From assembly GCA_002633005.1 (NCBI GenBank), contig NMRA01000230.1, forward strand, positions 385,271 through 449,270: a stretch of 64,000 nt of DNA. The letters are read 5' to 3'. Position numbers and translations under genes: made by a program. Below, piece by piece: positions 1 to 12,175 of the stretch (position 1 is the stretch's first letter; every line of letters begins with the position of its first letter). The notes below the pieces were generated by a model. That model made no database searches. It was not told the DNA's origin and saw nothing but the letters and a program-made list of their open reading frames with translations. This stretch comes from Phoronis australis. Lineage: Eukaryota > Animalia > Phoronida.

Positions 1-1216
1 TCCTCTAAAGTTCCTAGTTTGCTAATGCCCTTTGAATTCAGACCAACTGCTTGAACTTCTTGGTCACCTTGATATGTCATAAAACTATAGATGCCTGTTG
101 ACTGTTGGCAGCCCTGCCAGTGGTGCCCTCTATTGTGTTGACAGAGAATGGGGTGATTGAAACTTGCACTTCAGTTGACAAAGTCAGTTGTGTTTTGGCT
201 TGAATTTTCATTCTGTAGCAGGTCAGTCATGATGGCGTCATTGCTCAAGTCAAATGGCTATAATTGTGTCATGTACCGGGACTGGGTTTGTAAGTAAGAG
301 GGTGCCTTGGCCATTGGTCACAGATACCAGAATGGAAAATTGAGAAAACACAGAACGCAGATCATCTAATACTTTTGGAACTTTCTCACTGAGTCACTTC
401 CAGTTTGAAGGATTTTGTTTTTATGGAAGTTGACTAAAGAAGTTCAAAACACCTTTGATATGTGTTGAATTGACTAGGAATGCCTGAAACAAATGCATTG
501 TTCCGCCCCTTTAAAATATACAGTGTACGAGTATAATTGTACATTTTTAATCTTTATACAACTGTAAAGTTCATACAGCTAGGTTTATTCTTTTACAGGC
601 AATAGTCACTGACTCCCAGGAGTCTCGCATTTAGAGAACCAGTTTTCTCCATTGAATAGCAGCCTTCAAACTGATTCTCAAAATCTAGTAGGACCCCTGT
701 CAGTGACCATTGTGGTTTTATTAATGAGCACAATAAAAAATCAAACCAGAAAGGCTCAAGCAACTAAGCTACGATCTGTGGATGTTTTTTTCCCGAAATT
801 ATTTGCAGAAAAACTCTTAATCTGAGAAGAAAATAGTTGATACCATGAGAAATTATACACCTTCCTGCATCTGTTGAAAGTGAGCCTGTTGGTTTCTTTT
901 ACTTGTGGCTTACACTGAGTTACAGGTATGGGTAATTAGGCTTTCAGAATGATGACTTCAAGGCACATTATCTGAAATTCGCACACTCAGGTCCAGAATA
1001 CTGTTGATGGATAGATGGCGCTGTTAACATAGTTTTATTTGCTTATAGAAAAGTTACCCAGTTTACAAAATCCGCATCAGCTTGTTTGCCCCCTACCCTA
1101 GCGCCCCCTATCGTGAAGGAGAAACTGCTTTCAGCTAATGTTTCTGCAGTGAAGTAATTTTCTTAATTCCATAACTGTCAAGAATTATCTGTTAAAGCTT
1201 TCGGTAAAGCAATCAG

Positions 1217-1607
1217 GGCCCGGTCTCTAATCTTTGTACTCGAAAGGAACTCGAAACTATTTTTGGCAATTTCTCTTCTCCTTTTGTGCGAACTTAAGAT
1301 AATTGGTTATCAGACTGTGCTCGAATACATTATAGTTTATGCATAGGAGTTTCTAGTTCAAGTTTGCCCTTGAAGACCCTTATATTCGTGCTACAAACTC
1401 GAGTAAAAACTCGAAATTTCGAGTTCAAACACGAACTTATTGCTTTAATATTGGGTTTACAAACTGTGAACTAAGGGCAATAAATTATCTACGTAAGTTA
1501 TTGTGTACTGGAGCATAGAATAATAGACACTTATCTTGATTTCGCCCAAAAGTAGAAAATGCCAAATTTCGAGTTCCATTTCGAGTAAAAAGATTGTAGA
1601 CCGGGCC
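1217..1607. mobile_element. PIF/Harbinger-like MITE
   Basis: TIRs GGCCCGGTCT...AGACCGGGCC extend imperfectly for ~40 bp (actcgaaa motifs); 3-bp TSD CAG at 1214-1216 and 1608-1610. Confidence 0.75.
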
Positions 1608-3705
1608 CAGGATTTAAGGATATATTTCGCACCCTTTATCTGGCTTTAAAACGATATTATTAATCGAATTCCGGTAGAATAAGCTCTTTCGCTATAAAAA
1701 ATGTGTCTTGTCATATTCTCTTACCCTGATAGGATTCCATTTCCTTTGCCAACAATTCGAAATGATAGGGTTTCCCGCCAACGTCAATAAAATTTGAATC
1801 GTTTTCTGGCGTTGCTGATGATATTGTTCCTGTAGGTAACGAATGGAATCCTATCACGGTAAGAAACATGAGACTGATTTTATGAGAGCCGAAAGGCGTT
1901 TTTTTTTTTTCGTCTTTTGCCAATTAAAGTGGACGAAGGGCAGCTTTAAACCTGATTCGGCTAAAAACATCCGAGATGCCTAGTTTATTTTTTCAAAAAC
2001 AGACATGCTTTATATGGCCAAATATCTGTTGGCAGAGCTCTGAGTGCAGCAGTGTTGAGTATTGGGTAGAGCAAATTATTATCCTTAATCGACTTTGATC
2101 TGCACGTTAATGTGCGAGTAATATATGGAATTGATTAAATAATGTTTTGCCAAACAGCTGTAGCACAGTACGACACCATGACTCTGATGTACGCGTGTTA
2201 TTACATAACATTGAGCGAACTACGCCGGTGAACAGCTGTGCGCCGTAGGACCACTTACCCATGGAGCCGAGCCTAAGCCAAACGCGTAAAAAGGTTCGTT
2301 TGTAATACATGGCAATATCACGCGGAGACTTTTTAATTGCGTGATTTTGCGTTTTCAATCGCGGTGAGAATCTCGCGAACATGCAAGATTTCGCAATTAC
2401 ACCGTAGGAACCAATTTAACTCACTCTCGCATCTTTATCGAGAGGTCTGCTTCTATCCTGTTTCGAATGTTGCCATTGCAGTCAAAATCGTCATTTACAC
2501 ATCCCCAAAAGACTCCCCGACTATCCTAAGTGTTCAAGTACTTTTCAAAAATCATGCTAAGAAACTTTTAAGAAATTTCCTTTTTTCGAAAATGGTGCCC
2601 AACTGACCCCATTTTCCCTACAAAGCATGAGAGAGCTAGATGGAAAATCGTTCATAATATCTATAATAGGCCAAAACCGGATTTAATATCCTTTTAATAG
2701 TTGGGTTAATTGATAAACAACGGTACTGAAAACCTGAACTCTTGGCGCACCTTATCTGCAACAGGTGTTTTCAGCGAACATGTGACTGAGATGTGTTAAC
2801 AACTGTTCAATATTTGACGATCCTTCAATCCCGCATCTTTGTCGTTTCTGATTACTGACTTGAGTCGTGTCTAAACAGAAGCGAAATCAGAAATAGACAG
2901 ACGAAGCCACTTGATACAGAGAAAAGATGGAGTCTCCTTTTTTGGCTGTAATGATTTCTTTATACGTGGTTCTTTTCTGGATACTGTACAGGGGCTTTGC
3001 GAGTGTCAGTGGGGCTGAAGAAGAACTGAGCGTAACGATGTGCACATTTGTACCGACAATACGTCATTAGGCCTATAGGCCTGCACGATGAATGGACTTC
3101 GTGATCGTAAGTTGTAAAAAGTAGCTGTTGGCCTCAGTAGCGACCTGCTCAAGTAAGGACATGGTGCCATTGCGAGTCAACAGTTTTTTTGGGGGGGAGG
3201 CTTCCTTTTTTCAAAAGTGACTGCTTTTGATTGATTTAGAATCTTTCTCCGAAAGATTAGCTACCTTCTGTCACGGTTTTATCAATCCTTAAATGCGTTT
3301 TGTTGTTTAGTATTGAAAAGTTCTTTCGTGCTCCATCGTAAAATATGTTTTTGAATGTTTTTGTCACTTGAGAATCTAGTTCAAGTCAGCTTATAATTTA
3401 GGAAAGCAACTGCCAGTGGGTCTAAAACAATCGCCTTAGGTAGGCTGTGCCAAGTCTCGTCAGTCGTTACATATTAGCGGTGAAACTTTGAAGGGGTTTC
3501 ACACTAGACGTGCATAGTAAGCTACCGAGTATTCCCAGATTACTCTGGTAAAAGTTCCCAGTCTGCCGCGTGCCGTCGTCTACGAATTGCGTACTTATTA
3601 AAATTGTTACTCTGCGCAGAACCGATCTTTGTTTAAGCAAGTAGGCTGGCGTTTTCGTTGGACTTGCGTTGATAGCGTACTATTGCACATGCACAGGAGT
3701 ATGCA

Positions 3706-4872
3706 ATAAACCTTGGCTTAGCGTAAGGTAAAAGTCTGCTTTTCTACCAGAACTGCCAACACTGCGCCAAAAGTGCACGAAAAAATAAACAATAAATGCT
3801 CCATCTCGTGCGCCCTTTGCCGCCTACCAAGGAGTGTAGTACATTCCTTGCTCCTACGACTTTTAAGCTACGCCCACGCTCTTTTTAAAAAGAGCGTGGG
3901 CGTAGCTTTACTGTAGGACCGCGTAAGGTCAGGGTATACGTACGAGTCAGTGAATGCCATGTTTATGTGACCAGGCCACGTGAGCGGCACTATAGTGGCG
4001 TTTTTCATATTTTTTTCTCCACTGCACACATAGGCGGATTTAGGGGGGGTCCAGGGGGCCCGGCCCCCCCCCCTTGGCTGGAGCAAAAAAATAAAACAGC
4101 AAGAGCGTAGGGAGTTTATTAATTTGCCCCGGTAATTAAAATTATGCGGATGAAAAAAGATTTAAATGTGTGCAGTTTTAGTGTTGGGGGGGGGGAACTA
4201 TGGCTAAGTATAAGCTCTCCCTCGATATCCCAGGCGACCGGCAGTGGCGCTGCGCACTACGACTCCGTTTCCGTCGTCTGTTTCACTGTGCAATGGAGAA
4301 AATTTACTTCATTTTTTAAAGAAAATGGAGCCTGAGTGACGATGAAAAAACAGAAGCTGCTGGTAAGATGTAAATTTTAATCGAAGCCTTAGTGAATCAC
4401 TCAAAAACTCATTAATTCTCTCTTTGTCAAACCTTAACTTAAGACGATTTCCAAAGCAATCCCGTCATTATTGCCAACACGAAAAACGGATTTAGTCTTT
4501 TGGGCATTTGAAGACTATTTTAAATACAACAAATTTGTTAAGAACCGNATAAACCTTGGCTTAGCGTAAGGTAAAAGTCTGCTTTTCTACCAGAACTGCC
4601 AACACTGCGCCAAAAGTGCACGAAAAAATAAACAATAAATGCTCCATCTCGTGCGCCCTTTGCCGCCTACCAAAGAGTGTAGTACATTCCTTGCTCCTAC
4701 GACTTACAGCTTTTAAGCTACGCCCACGCTCTTTTAAGAGCGTGGGCGTAGCTTTACTGTAGGACCGCGTAAGGTCAGGGTATACGTACGAGTCAGTGAA
4801 TGCCATGTTTACGTGACCAGGCCACTTGAGCGGCACTATGGTGGCGTTTTTCATATTTTTTTCGCCACTGCA
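3706..4872. repeat. ~320-bp near-identical direct duplication (3706-4027 and 4549-4872) across a single-N contig join; probably an assembly/haplotype overlap
   Basis: ataaaccttggcttagcgtaagg... occurs twice and the second copy starts right after the N at 4548. Confidence 0.7.
4029..4547 (+). mobile_element. Non-autonomous DNA element (aggcggattt.../...gatccgcc family); related copies at ~13610-14920 and ~39115-39477
   Basis: 4195-4545 aligns closely with 14258-14608. The head (gagcgtaggga...attaatttgccccggtaattaa) is shared with 13640-13683 and 39170-39215. Confidence 0.6.
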
Positions 4873-5280
4873 CAAACCGTCCTATCATACTTAGTGGACA
4901 TTTTGCCTAAATGTTGGGCCTTACTGCACTCTGTTTTAATGATTTCAACCAGTCCTCGTTCTGTCACAAGTGCTAATGCACCATTGGCGTCAATCTTTCA
5001 AGTAAAAGGCAGAAATCAATTAAAATTCCATACTTCCTATGTAACACGTTGGACATTGGTCCTTGGTGCGTGGTCTTTTCCAACATTTGCCCTATGATGT
5101 AATTCGCTAAAAGCGTAGGTCATGCTTGCCCGTTTAGCAAACTTTGAAGGGAGTTTTTAAAAATTCTCCAAACTTTTTAGGGATGTCGAGGGTTACAGAC
5201 CATTACTTTGTTTCAAGGAAATGGATGGAAAAGTCGGTTTTAGTATCTGTTAATAGGTCCGGGTTTGATATACTTTTAAA
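4780..5280. mobile_element. Non-autonomous element with a TTAA-flanked end (Kolobok-like); inverted copy at ~25160-25630
   Basis: aaaagcgtaggtcatgcttgc (5109) is near reverse-complementary to gcaagcgtgacctacgctttt (25307). Termini: ccgggtttgatatacttTTAA vs TTAAaaggataccaaacccgg. Confidence 0.55.
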
Positions 5281-6937
5281 TTCTTGTGTAAGTGTCTTGC
5301 GTTACCGAAGTTAAATTCGAGTTTTCATAGTTCATTAAATTGCTTCTTGAATCGATTCGTTTCAGGTCAATGCCTGGTGGCTTCACAATCACCTAGCAGC
5401 AGACACTATCGTAGTTCTGCCCAAGCGTTTCGAGAAGGAGCGGAGAACATAGTCTTGAGTCAGAGCAACTTCGAGCTGGTCAGGCTCAAAACACTGTCAG
5501 AAGGCACTTATCAAGCGCACACTTCTGTTATAGACTAGACGGCTCCGATCCGTTCTTGCTCATGGCTTTATTGTTCACAGAAATGACGTCTATTATCTTA
5601 GCAACGAAGGCTGGCCCTGCCAACAATGGCACAGAGTAGTTCCCTCATCAGAATAGTTTACTTAATTCCACGTATGTTGATGTGTGCTGGCGTAACTAAT
5701 ATTGCAGTGAACGCGCACGATACTGAAGGACACCTCTTAGGCTAGTCAGCTTACGTGACTTTCCAAATAAAGAAATTAATAAAGTCAGGAACTTGACTTC
5801 AATATCGGCTTGTACCAAACTGCTTGCGACTGGCCACTGGAGGTTGGAACGAGGCTAAGTTCTATAGTAGACCATTGAATGGTTGAAGGGACGACACGGT
5901 GCTTTTGGGTGGACAGCTTGATATATACTCGTTTGTATTTTCTGTACAATCTCCTACCTTCCGACGTGCGTTTGAGAGGCAAAACGCCACAAGACATAAC
6001 GGACAAACAGGGTAGCTGTATTTTCGGGATCGCATTTATAACAGCGAAAAAACAACTAGGTTTTATCTGATTTCAATATTTGTGTATTTGAATATTCTTA
6101 GTACTCTTATTTTCAGTAGAGAGAACACCCTCTTTTGACGGCACCAACTGATGACTTGGGCATCCTTGGAATTTCTTTACAATACACTATTGTGAATGGA
6201 TTTTCTCAACATCCGCTCTACAATAAACCCCCATTATTCACGGCCATGAAATAGCAGAGGCTGGATTTTACACTCAAACAAATTTAGCCTTTCTTGGAAT
6301 GGCAAGGAATAGAAATTTTTCGAATAATTTGTTTCGTCCACTAGATTTTTTTGTTCTACAACGGAAAACAAAAAATGATTCAAGTAAGGAAGATCACAGT
6401 CAGTGCAGTGACGAGCCCAAAGTCATTGGCGAAAGCCGTTACTTTACACAGTATTTAGCGACAGTCTTCAACCGCTTACAGTTAGAATATTAGTGTTATC
6501 ATTTTACAAAGCAAAATCACAAAACACGGTTATAATAACAATTTATGTACATTGGGAAATTGTTTTTCACCGGCTAATCTGGTCCATAAACTTTTATTGG
6601 TGCTAGCAATTGGAATGTAAACAAACCTCGTTTAAGAGAGAACTTAATATTCATGAGCTCTATATTAAGAATGGCAACTCTCTTTCCTTCCGACAGGTGT
6701 GTTAAGAGAACTTTTTTTATTCGCCGCACTAGTTGTAAGGAAGAGCCTCTGTCAACACGAGGTCCGGCTACCCACAGTTTTGATCGCTTTGTGAACTTAG
6801 CACGCAAAATTAAGAGTCATAATTATATTTGTAATTTCGTATTGGATTCAGAGATGTTTTAGATAGGCCATGAAAGACACAGTTTTGGATCCGAGGACAT
6901 GCGCCTAATCGAGAAAAACTCCTTCAAATTGGTTTGT

Positions 6938-7642
6938 TTAGATTTGAGATAATGCTTCTTCCATGGTTTTGAAATATTTACAATCAACCAGATAGCGCGC
7001 CATCTTCAGTACAGCTCCATGTTTGCTGTCAACGTCCTTTGACATCAGCACACAGGTAGGGCGAACGCTGCGGGAATTTTTGTAAATCATCTCGGTTGTC
7101 GTCTGCCAGCCGGGGTTAAACATGGAAATCTTTGCTGCTTTCGCCAAAGACAACATGTAGCCGAAGGACCCCTTCAAACTCTCACAGTCTCGGTGTAGAT
7201 AGAGCAGATAGGCCGTGGCATTGGTGGAGGGTTTCAGCATGATACCGAACTCTGAAACGTCTACCCCACAGCACAGCAAGAGATTGACAAGAAACAAGTT
7301 TACACCATACACGGCTCTCATCAGTTCCATCATACAATTGCCACCAGGGCGCGGATTAATCTCGATTAACTTTGGCGTGACGTCATCGCCAGAGTCACGA
7401 ATCAAGTCAACGTCATAGACTCCGTTGTGCAAGCCAACAGCCATGCAGCACCGGTACGCAGCCTCCACCAGTTGACTCTGAACGGCGGCAGAAGCGCCAC
7501 CTGGCAACGAGACAGAGGTGGCCCAGAAATAAGGTAGGGTGGCGGGACCTCGCTCGGCTACAGTACCACCAACCAATTTGCCTTTGGAAATGACGACGTC
7601 TACCGTGTATTTCTGTCCTCTGAGAAATTCCATAACTACCAC
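6938..7642 (-). CDS. ATP-grasp ligase (carnosine synthase-like / L-amino-acid ligase-like), copy 1, exon 4 of 4
   Basis: Acceptor tcttccAG at 7643. Reads VVVMEFLRGQKYTVD...GVYDVDLI...LIEINPRPGG, matching the ATP-grasp motifs of the CARNS1 C-terminal domain (MEFxxGxExxVD, GVFNVE, IEINPRxGG). Stop at 6940-6938. Confidence 0.9.
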   Translation of the reverse strand: MVVMEFLRGQKYTVDVVISKGKLVGGTVAERGPATLPYFWATSVSLPGGASAAVQSQLVEAAYRCCMAVGLHNGVYDVDLIRDSGDDVTPKLIEINPRPGGNCMMELMRAVYGVNLFLVNLLLCCGVDVSEFGIMLKPSTNATAYLLYLHRDCESLKGSFGYMLSLAKAAKISMFNPGWQTTTEMIYKNSRSVRPTCVLMSKDVDSKHGAVLKMARYLVDCKYFKTMEEALSQI

Positions 7643-7770
7643 CTGGAAGAATAGGTCACTTTTATGCTGTTATAAACTTTTGAAATTAGACGAATACTTA
7701 TGCCGCGTTCACAGATGGAATTTTTAAGAGAGTTTAAAGCGAACATTCATGAAAGTGCCCTATCTGCCAC

Positions 7771-7927
7771 CAGTGCTGTAGTGGTAAGATTAGAGGTAAG
7801 TAGGCGCCCAAAGCCCACAGTATCACCTTGAGCACTGAACGTAACTTACGATAGGCCAACGTAGGCGCTACGTTCAAATGCCAACAGGTGGTTGGCTGCC
7901 CTTACGTGCGCCTACGCCCCACTACGG
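7771..7927. mobile_element. hAT-like MITE in intron 3 of ATP-grasp copy 1
   Basis: Ends cagtgctgtagtgg...ccactacgg; 8-bp TSD TCTGCCAC at 7763-7770 and 7928-7935; empty site in the paralogous intron (~52618). Confidence 0.75.
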
Positions 7928-8487
7928 TCTGCCACCTTACGCGAAGGTAGCGTAACATTCAATTCCTGTAGGCTTCGTAACTAACCAAGTGAGTATGGGA
8001 AGGAATGCGTATATTTAATGTGTAAAATGGAAATATTCTGGCCAATCATGAGCGTCGCCATAATCTTTCAGAGCCTTGGCCAGAAATTATCTTTGAAACG
8101 TATATTTTTCACTGTAAGAAGGTAGATCTGCTGGTTGATTTAGAGGAGGCGATAAAAAATTAGGCAAATGAGACGTCTGACGAGCGTTCATATGCGATTT
8201 CTTAGTTGGCAGTCCAGACTCCCATCTGCCTTGTGATGCGGCATCTGAATGCCGTGCATTCTTACGAAAACGACATTTTGAAGCGCGACATCACAGAGAG
8301 CATGTTATTCGATAGTGGAAGAATGTCTCCATCAAACGTATGATGTCTGATTGAAATTGGTCCCAGACTGATGGTTACATGTAGACACAATCACGTATAC
8401 ACGCACAGGACTTTACGAATCAAATTTTTTACGGAATTCAAACTTCAACGAAAGCATTTTTAATCTAAAAAAATCAAAATGTATTAC

Positions 8488-8706
8488 CGATTGAGAGAAC
8501 GTAATTTTCTCGCATACTTCTGTGCCATGGCTCAATCCGTGAGTGACCTCCGAGAAATAATCTAGACACTCATTTCGGTCATACAACACCTTGCAACCAA
8601 CTGAGCCACTACCACAGACGGGTTTCAGCACAACTGGAAGACTTATCTTGTCCAGAGCGTCGAGTAGCCCCTTCTCGGTCTTGACGGCATAGCTCGGCAC
8701 ACCGTA
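8488..8706 (-). CDS. ATP-grasp ligase copy 1, exon 3
   Basis: Acceptor ttttttAG (8708-8707), donor TCG|gtaata, 219 nt, phase 0. Encodes YGVPSYAV...LPVVLKPVCGSGSVGC (ATP-binding Lys and glycine-rich loop). Confidence 0.85.
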
Positions 8707-8869
8707 CTAAAAAAGAAAAATGACGTGTTATTATGGAATCGACCATTTTACGTTTAAGTTTTACGTTCATCCCAGAGTAGAATTTTTTTGGATGCCGTCC
8801 CTTTTAGCCACCTGACAGTGTGTTTTCCAGTATTACACAGACTTCACGCATTGTACGTAAGGCCGTCAC

Positions 8870-9295
8870 TCCTCCGCCTACCCCCTTCACTCTCTCCATC
8901 CCCTCTGTCCCTCCCTCGTGATCTTTTTTCCTTTACTCCCATCTTCCATTCTGCGTTCTCTCATCTTTCGGGACTTTTCCACTTACCTCTTCTCACTTTC
9001 TCCCACCNNNNNNNNNNNNNNNNNNNNNNNNNNNNNNNNNNNNNNNNNNNNNNNNNNNNNNNNNNNNNNNNNNNNNNNNNNNNNNNNNNNNNNNNNNNNN
9101 NNNNNNNNNNNNNNNNNNNNNNNNNNNNNNNNNNNNNNNNNNNNNNNNNNNNNNNNNNNNNCTCTCCTCTTGTTGCCTTGTCCCTCTTCTGTTTCCCATT
9201 CTTCCCTTACCCCTCCTCCATCCCACTCTCTCTGACCGTATCCTTTTTATCAGTTTCCTTCTTTCCTTCCCACCCTCCCCTCTCTGTCTGTTAAA
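8870..9295. repeat. CT-rich low-complexity tract with assembly gap (paralogous tract 53580-53885)
   Basis: Polypyrimidine tract on + strand in intron 2 of both paralogs. Confidence 0.7.
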
Positions 9296-9307
9296 CAATC
9301 CCCTTAC

Positions 9308-9466
9308 CTTCTCAGCCTTGGGATCCTTCAACACGTATTGTTGGGTGACGTCCTTCATGTACGCTGCTGTCATACTCTCGTAACTGTTCCAAGGAATTCC
9401 CAGAGTCTCAGCTACGTACCCGCCAACCATCCCCATGTAGTCTCCATAGAAACAGCATGCGTTCAC
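9308..9466 (-). CDS. ATP-grasp ligase copy 1, exon 2
   Basis: Acceptor tttcaAG, donor AAG|gtaagg, 159 nt, phase 0. Encodes VNACCFYGDY...VAETLGIPWNSYESMTAAYMKD (pre-ATP-grasp LGxP...A..K motif). Confidence 0.85.
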
Positions 9467-10415
9467 CTTGAAATAGGAGTCGAGAAATCATTCATACTGT
9501 TCAGGCGTTGTCATACATGTAGTTCTTCCGTGGAAAGAGCACACAGCGTTGACAAAAAACGGGACTCAGCTAAGTTGCCTAAATCTTTTGCCTATTTGTG
9601 TCTTTCATTACTAACAGATGTAATCTTTTTTATTATTTCATCTCTATTATAAGCTCCTCTTTGACATTTCCTATTGCTGAGTCCTGAATTCAATGAAAAT
9701 AAATAGGACATAATGCAACAAAAGACATTTTCTGCCAACGTGCACAGGTAAAGATGTTTGAGGTGGTGAATCGTCAGTATCACTAATGGTCAACTTATGC
9801 AATCATATTAACTCAACATCATGATACCCCCACTGAACCACTGTAGCGATTATTCAGATTCATTTTAAATTTGCCTAATAGAATGTGAATGAGATGATTT
9901 ATCCGGGCATGAAACGCACAACATAGTGCCGTTTAAGTGAATACAATGAGAACCTCAGCAGACCCGGGCTATGTTCTGTTGACTTTAGACTCTCGCCACG
10001 ACCTCGAGGCAAGACATCATCACTTATGGAACGGAAACACTGAATTGCAACTCATGGTTCAACCTCCCAACCTTACCGACCAATCACTTCAATCGCTTTT
10101 TGGTTGGTTACGTTAGTAACCTCCCAACCAAACTCGGTAGGCACTCGCCCTTTGTTCGTAAAGTATCGCGGCGTGATATTGTTTTTGTCGAGAGTTTTGC
10201 GTCTACGAAACGCAACCCTGATACTTGAACGATCGCATTGTGAACGAGGACCATTTCGGTGAGAGAAATGCGCCCTTGAAGATAAATCCTGAAAACAATC
10301 GTGGCTCTTTAAATAATTAGCGTAGATTGTCAACTTGTCAACGTAGTTGTCGTCAGACTTCCCTTTAGTAGCTAACCTGTCGGCAAAGTAAACTCTACTA
10401 CTTCCTGTCCCTGTG

Positions 10416-10840
10416 CACCCGTTCCAAACGCCGTAACACCATTCAAGAGTCTATTAAATGCAAGCCGTTACATGCTTGCAGCTCACTGTAATATATTACT
10501 ACAATACATTATACACTGTTACACTCTTTAAAAAGCCCAACGACAACATGTGTGAAGTCGCGAGACCTAAGAGTTCTGGGACTGCGGTACTTTCAACTGA
10601 GGCTGCCACTTTGTAAATTCGGCGCAAAATACATATTGCCGCTAGTCTCGAAGCCAAAATCTTGGCAACAAGTGTAAACATCAACGTGATCCTGGAGCGC
10701 ACTGTAACACGCATGTAGGACTCGTCGAAGAGTGTTACGGTGTATAATGTATTGTAGTAACATATTACAGTGAGCTGCAAGCCTGTAACGGCTTGCATTT
10801 AACAGACTCTTTATTGGTGTTACGGCGTTTGGAACGGGTG
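10416..10840. mobile_element. MITE with ~115-bp TIRs and 7-bp TSD
   Basis: CACCCGTTCCAAACGCCGTAACACC...GGTGTTACGGCGTTTGGAACGGGTG; TSD CCCTGTG at 10409-10415 and 10841-10847; absent from the paralogous intron (~54480). Confidence 0.85.
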
Positions 10841-11135
10841 CCCTGTGCGACAAAGTTCGTTCGGCATTCCGAAGGAGCAAACCCACTCACTGTTTTTCAA
10901 TAGATCCCAATCAAGGTTTTTGCCGGACGCAAATTTTCAGTCCTAGGGGTTCCCATCCATGCTTCCCTTAAAACCATAGATTGAGCGTGATCATGTTTTC
11001 GAAGCCGTCATCTCGTCCCCTTTAATGAACCACCAACGTCCTCACTTCGCTGTCTTACCTTTATTCTTATCCGCTCCAATCATGTATGTATTAAAATATC
11101 TAACCATTCCCTTTTCCGCCCTTCAATTGTCTTAC

Positions 11136-11456
11136 CTCAATGTTCTTCTTCTTCAACCAGTCTACGATGGAGTCGCCAACTACGCTAACTTGTCGGTCTT
11201 CCTTCTTCTCTTGTATCAGACCATCGACGTTATACTCGTCAATAATCCCCATGGCTTTTAACTTTGAGCACCAGCGAACGTTTATCTGTGACTTCTGCAG
11301 TACCACGCACAGCGATTTGAGACCCATCGCCTTCAACGCAGCCCAGGCGGATTTATTGTACTCGTCGTCCGTGGTTACGAACAATCGGCAACCAACGTAC
11401 AGAAGAGTCTTGTCTTTCAGTGAATCGATAGTGTCGGGTAATTCGGCGGCAGGCAT
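11136..11456 (-). CDS. ATP-grasp ligase copy 1, first coding exon
   Basis: MPAAELPDTIDSLKDKTLLYVG... (Rossmann-like N-domain start), donor GAG|gtaaga, 321 nt, same length as in copy 2. The start codon is the best guess. Confidence 0.8.
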
Positions 11457-12175
11457 TGTGGCGGCGACTAGCTGCAGTGAAATGCGAAAAGGCTGGCAAA
11501 AATTAGCTTTAAGACCGTCTGATGGACTCGCACAGGGTGGATCAAAAGTAGCACATGTGTGACGACAAGATAGAGTGCGACAGATTTAAGTCCAGTTGGA
11601 AGTCTGAAATAATCAAATGTGCTTATCACTACTAAATGGACGAAACACCAAAAAGCGCCGAAAAGGGCCAAGATTCTCAAACAAAAAGCATATACTGAAC
11701 GACCTCTGTACCCGAGCCTGTGTATTTGGTTGAATGACATGTAATAAAACTCTGGTTACCAGCAGAAACCAGTTACTCCGTCCAGATGAGCTGTATACAA
11801 CCTAAAAATATTTTTTGTCAGTTCTGTGCATGCGATGAGCCGCTGTAGATTCGCAAATCAGACATTGCCAGTAGTGTGTACGATATGTGACAGAGTCTGA
11901 AAACAATTCTGCGAAAAGGGATTTTTCTTAAGTTTTAAACTGAAATGATGCACAAAAATAATAAGTATATGCATTTAATGAATCTTTTTGTTTTTACCAA
12001 TATGGACCGTATCGTTTGTCGCACCCCTTTCGTCGCTCCCTAACTTAATATTCGCATGCCACCATGTCCGCGATTGTTTAGTACATGTACATGCCGGTAC
12101 ATGTTGCACGCTGAGCTCCTGGATTACCTCTATGTACAATAGCATTTCATCTGTTTTGCATAAAAATAAATTTGA

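Noticed and set aside
1-1050. Exons of a neighbouring gene
   Set aside because: CpG-poor and intron/UTR-like, but no open, spliceable exon could be supported.
8170-8205. Hammerhead in ATP-grasp intron 3 (CTGACGA + hairpin, also at ~52865)
   Set aside because: GATT replaces the essential GAAA; conservation is explained by the gene duplication.
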